Assembly (NCBI GenBank): GCA_964035545.1
Contig: OZ037770.1
Coordinates: 15,676,642 to 15,740,641, forward strand
Direction: 5' to 3'
Source of the DNA: Bugula neritina
Taxonomy: Eukaryota > Animalia > Bryozoa
Length of the DNA: 64,000 nucleotides
The translations under genes were made by a program, and so were the position numbers. Below, in pieces: positions 60,489-64,000 of the stretch. Below the pieces are notes generated by a model. The model did no database searches, was not told the origin of the DNA, and was given only the letters and a program-made list of their open reading frames with translations. Every line of letters begins with the position of its first letter. Positions within the stretch are counted from its first letter, which is position 1.

Positions 60489-62653
60489 ATGGAGTTTTCT
60501 GTTCCTATTAGTTTTGCTGACTTGAAAACCAAGCAGCACCCTAATGACTACTCTGTGTCAGATGTTATTTCAGCCCGATTACTGCCAACTAAAATAGCAG
60601 GTACCGTTAGCACACAGCATTATTTAGCTTTTGGCTCAAGTATAAAAAAAATATCACAGAAAAATAAGCACAATCTTATTATCAATTTTTGGAAACTTCA
60701 ATTTACAAGACATGAAGCTGTGTGGAATTTGTTTGTAGAACTAAGATCTGATCTGAAGCAGTTTGACCACAGCACAGTCCTGACTCACTTTGACACTCTG
60801 TACAGCGTGCTCTGGTAAGTGTCACTATGTATATGACACTCTGTAGCTACAGTGTGCTCTGGTAAGTGTCGCTATGTATATGACACTCTGTACAGTGTGC
60901 TCTGGCAGGTGATATATATGGCACTCTGTGCAGTGTGCTCCGGTAAGTGTCACTATGTATATGACACTCTGTGCAGTGTGCCCTGGCAGGTGATATATAT
61001 GACACTCTGTACAGTGTGCTCTGGCAGGTGATATATATATGACACTCTGTACAGTGTGCTGTGGCAGGTGATATATAATCTATTTCCTTCTATTATATGC
61101 AGTGCTGAAAATGACCAGGAAAACACAACTCTGGAATCTGCGTGGTCTTGTCTTCTGAAATGTGAGTATTTACCAGCCGTCTACATCACTAGTTATTCCA
61201 CTACTAGTTATTTCACTGCTAGTTATTCCACTACTAGTTATTCTACTAGTACTAGTTGTTACACTACTAGTTATTCCACTACTAGTTATTCCACTACTAG
61301 TTATTCCACTACTAGTTATTCCACTACTAGTTGTTACACTACTAGTTATTCCACTACTAATTATTCCACTACTAGTTATTCCACTACTAGTTATTCCACT
61401 ACTAGTTATTCCACTACTAGTTGTTCCACTACTAGTTATTCCACTACTAGTTATTCCACTACTAATTATTCCACTACTAGTTATTCCACTACTAGTTATT
61501 CCACTACTAGTTATTCCACTACTAGTTGTTACACTACTAGTTATTCCACTACTAGTTATTCCACTACTAGTTATTCCACTACTAGTTATTCCACTACTAG
61601 TTATTCCACTACTAGTTATTCCACTACTAGTTGTTACACTACTAGTTATTCCACTACTAGTTGTTACAATGCTAGTTGTTACATTGCTAGTTATTCCACT
61701 ACTAGTTATTTCACTACTAGTTATTCCACTACTAGTTGTTACACTATCAGTTGTTACACTATCAGTTATACTACTACCAGTTATACAACTATCAGTTAAT
61801 CCACTACTAGTTATAACTATGACAGTACAGAGTGTATTGTTAGGTTTGGGGAAGCTGTACGAAGCTCTGGATGGGAACTGCGTCAAGATGGCCGACTCAT
61901 CTCTCCGCACCAGCCTCGCTATGAGTATTTACCTCACCACTGAGTACGTGGATAGACTAGAAACGCTGTCTAACAAACCCACCACCGAGCAGATTGTAGC
62001 TGGCAAGAAGGTGCGGTAGATACACCATGTCAATTAGTCTAAGTAGTATTACTGTAGTATTACTATGTGATTCACTGCAGAATGTCTGTTGTAGAAAGGA
62101 AAGCGTAAAGTTGAATCTGCAGACAATATGTCAATAGACTGGACTATGGAGAGATGTAAGTCAGTGAAGTGTTTGACTAAGTTGATGAGTTTACCTATAC
62201 AGAGGTTGTGGGAGCCTCCAGTGGTCGACCAGAATCTCATCAAGTATGTTATATTACTATATGTTTATATTACTATATTTTTGTATTACTATATGTTTAT
62301 ATTACTATATGATTATATTATCATATGTTTATATTACTATATGTTTATATTACTATATGATTATATTACTATATGTTTATATTATCATATGTTTATATTA
62401 CTATATGTTTATATTATCATATGTTTATATTACTATATGTTTATATTACTATATGCTTATATTACTATATGTTTATATTATTATATGTTTATATTATTAT
62501 ATGTTTATATTACTATATGTTTATATTACAGTTGCATTGGTAGTTGCTGCTTTAAGCTGCTACACAATCCAGTCACTGCTAAGTTGAAGGACACAAAGGA
62601 AGAGATTTTCCATCTGATAGGAATTCTGGTGAAACGCCACAAATACAGCCTAA
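60489..62653 (+). CDS. NCAPD2: Condensin complex subunit 1 (CAP-D2), 5' part; continues beyond the window
   Basis: Approx. exons: 60489-60600, 60739-60814 (HFDTLYSVL), 61103-61161, 61844-62010, 62095-62243 (LPIQRLWEPPVVD), 62532-62653 (CCFKLLHNP..IFHLIGILVKRH), matching the Cnd1 N-terminal region. Confidence 0.85.
60791..61077 (+). repeat. ~40-bp repeat spanning an NCAPD2 donor (gacactctgtacagcgtgctctg|gtaagt), ~7 copies
   Basis: The unit contains the last ~23 nt of the exon. Confidence 0.92.
61186..61815. repeat. 15-bp intronic repeat (actagttattccact)
   Basis: Fills the intron. Confidence 0.95.
62246..62528. repeat. ~18-bp AT-rich intronic repeat (atatgtttatattactat)
   Basis: Fills the intron. 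Confidence 0.92.
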
Positions 62654-64000
62654 GTAAGTATATACACTGTGTAGAGTAAATATATACTGTGTAGAGTAAG
62701 TATACACTGTGTAGAGTAAGTATATACTGTGTAGAGTAAGTATATACCGTGTAGAGTAAGTATATACCGTGTAGAGTAAGTGTATACTGTGTAGAGTAAG
62801 TATATACCGTGTAGAGTAAGTATATACTGTGTAGAGTAAGTATATACTGTGTAGAGTAAGTATACACTGTGTAGAGTAAGTATATACTGTGTAGAGTAAG
62901 TATACACTGTGTAGAGTAAGTATATACTGTGTAGAGTAAGTATATACTGTGTAGAGTAAGTATATACCGTGTAGAGTAAGTATACACTGTGTAGAGTAAG
63001 TATATACACTGTGTAGACTAAGTATATACTGTGTAGACTAAGTATATACCGTGTAGAGTAAGTATATACCGTGTAGAGTAAGTATATACCGTGTAGAGTA
63101 AGTATATACTGTGTAGAGTAAGTATATACTGTGTAGAGTAAGTATACACTGTGTAGAGTAAGTATATACTGTGTAGAGTAAGTATACACTGTGTAGAGTA
63201 AGTATATACTGTGTAGAGTAAGTATATACTGTGTAGAGTAAGTATATACCGTGTAGAGTAAGTATACACTGTGTAGAGTAAGTATATACACTGTGTAGAC
63301 TAAGTATATACTGTGTAGACTAAGTATATACCGTGTAGAGTAAGTATATACCGTGTAGAGTAAGTATATACCGTGTAGAGTAAGTATATACTGTGTAGAG
63401 TAAGTATATACCGTGTAGAGTAAGTATATACCGTGTAGAGTAAGTATATACTGTGTAGAGTAAGTATACACTGTGTAGAGTAAGTATATACACTGTGTAG
63501 ACTAAGTATATACTGTGTAGAGTAAGTATATACTGTGTAGAGTAAGTATACACTGTGTAGAGTAAGTATACACTGTGTAGAGTAAGTATATACACTGTGT
63601 AGAGTAAGTATATATGCTGTGTAGAGTAAGTATATACACTGTGTAGAGTAAGTATATATGCTGTGTAGAGTAAGTATATACCGTGTAGAGTAAGTATATA
63701 CCGTGTAGAGTAAGTATACACTGTGTAGAGTAAGTATATACTGTGTAGAGTAAGTATATACCGTGTAGAGTAAGTATACACTGTGTAGAGTAAGTATATA
63801 CTGTGTAGAGTAAGTATATACCGTGTAGAGTAAGTATACACTGTGTAGAGTAAGTATATACTGTGTAGAGTAAGTATATACTGTGTAGAGTAAGTATATA
63901 CTGTGTAGAGTAAGTATATACCGTGTAGAGTAAGTATACACTGTGTAGAGTAAGTATATACTGTGTAGAGTAAGTATATACTGTGTAGAGTAAGTATATA
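62654..64000 (+). repeat. 20-bp minisatellite starting at a donor (gtaagtatatactgtgtaga), >60 copies, open at the window end
   Basis: Follows exon end ...AGCCTAA|gtaagt. Confidence 0.97.

Overview
AT-rich, intron-dense animal genomic DNA, probably an invertebrate; the species cannot be determined from the sequence. Seven spliced genes can be rebuilt by hand from GT-AG boundaries. On + there are two tandem DEG/ENaC channel paralogues (2524-9442, 11026-17827). Mitochondrial MnSOD (-, 18805-21368) lies head-to-head with COX15 (+, 22848-25905). On - there are a type II glycosyltransferase fusing a B4GALNT1/2-like domain to a B4GALNT3/4 (CHGN)-like domain (27157-36043), ARP6 (37337-44096) and a POM121-like FG nucleoporin (45765-57894). 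The 5' part of an eighth gene, NCAPD2 (+, from 60489), runs off the end. Other elements: two copies of a tRNA-derived SINE, and two intronless RING-finger ORFs nested in one POM121 intron, each preceded by an NF-kB-like site. The strongest pattern is that many introns carry their own minisatellite, often with the unit straddling or starting at the splice site, so donors, acceptors and AG|GT sites are multiplied several-fold to more than 60-fold. Most long ORFs in the supplied track are artefacts of these repeats. Gene models are manual and untested; exon edges may be off by a few nt.
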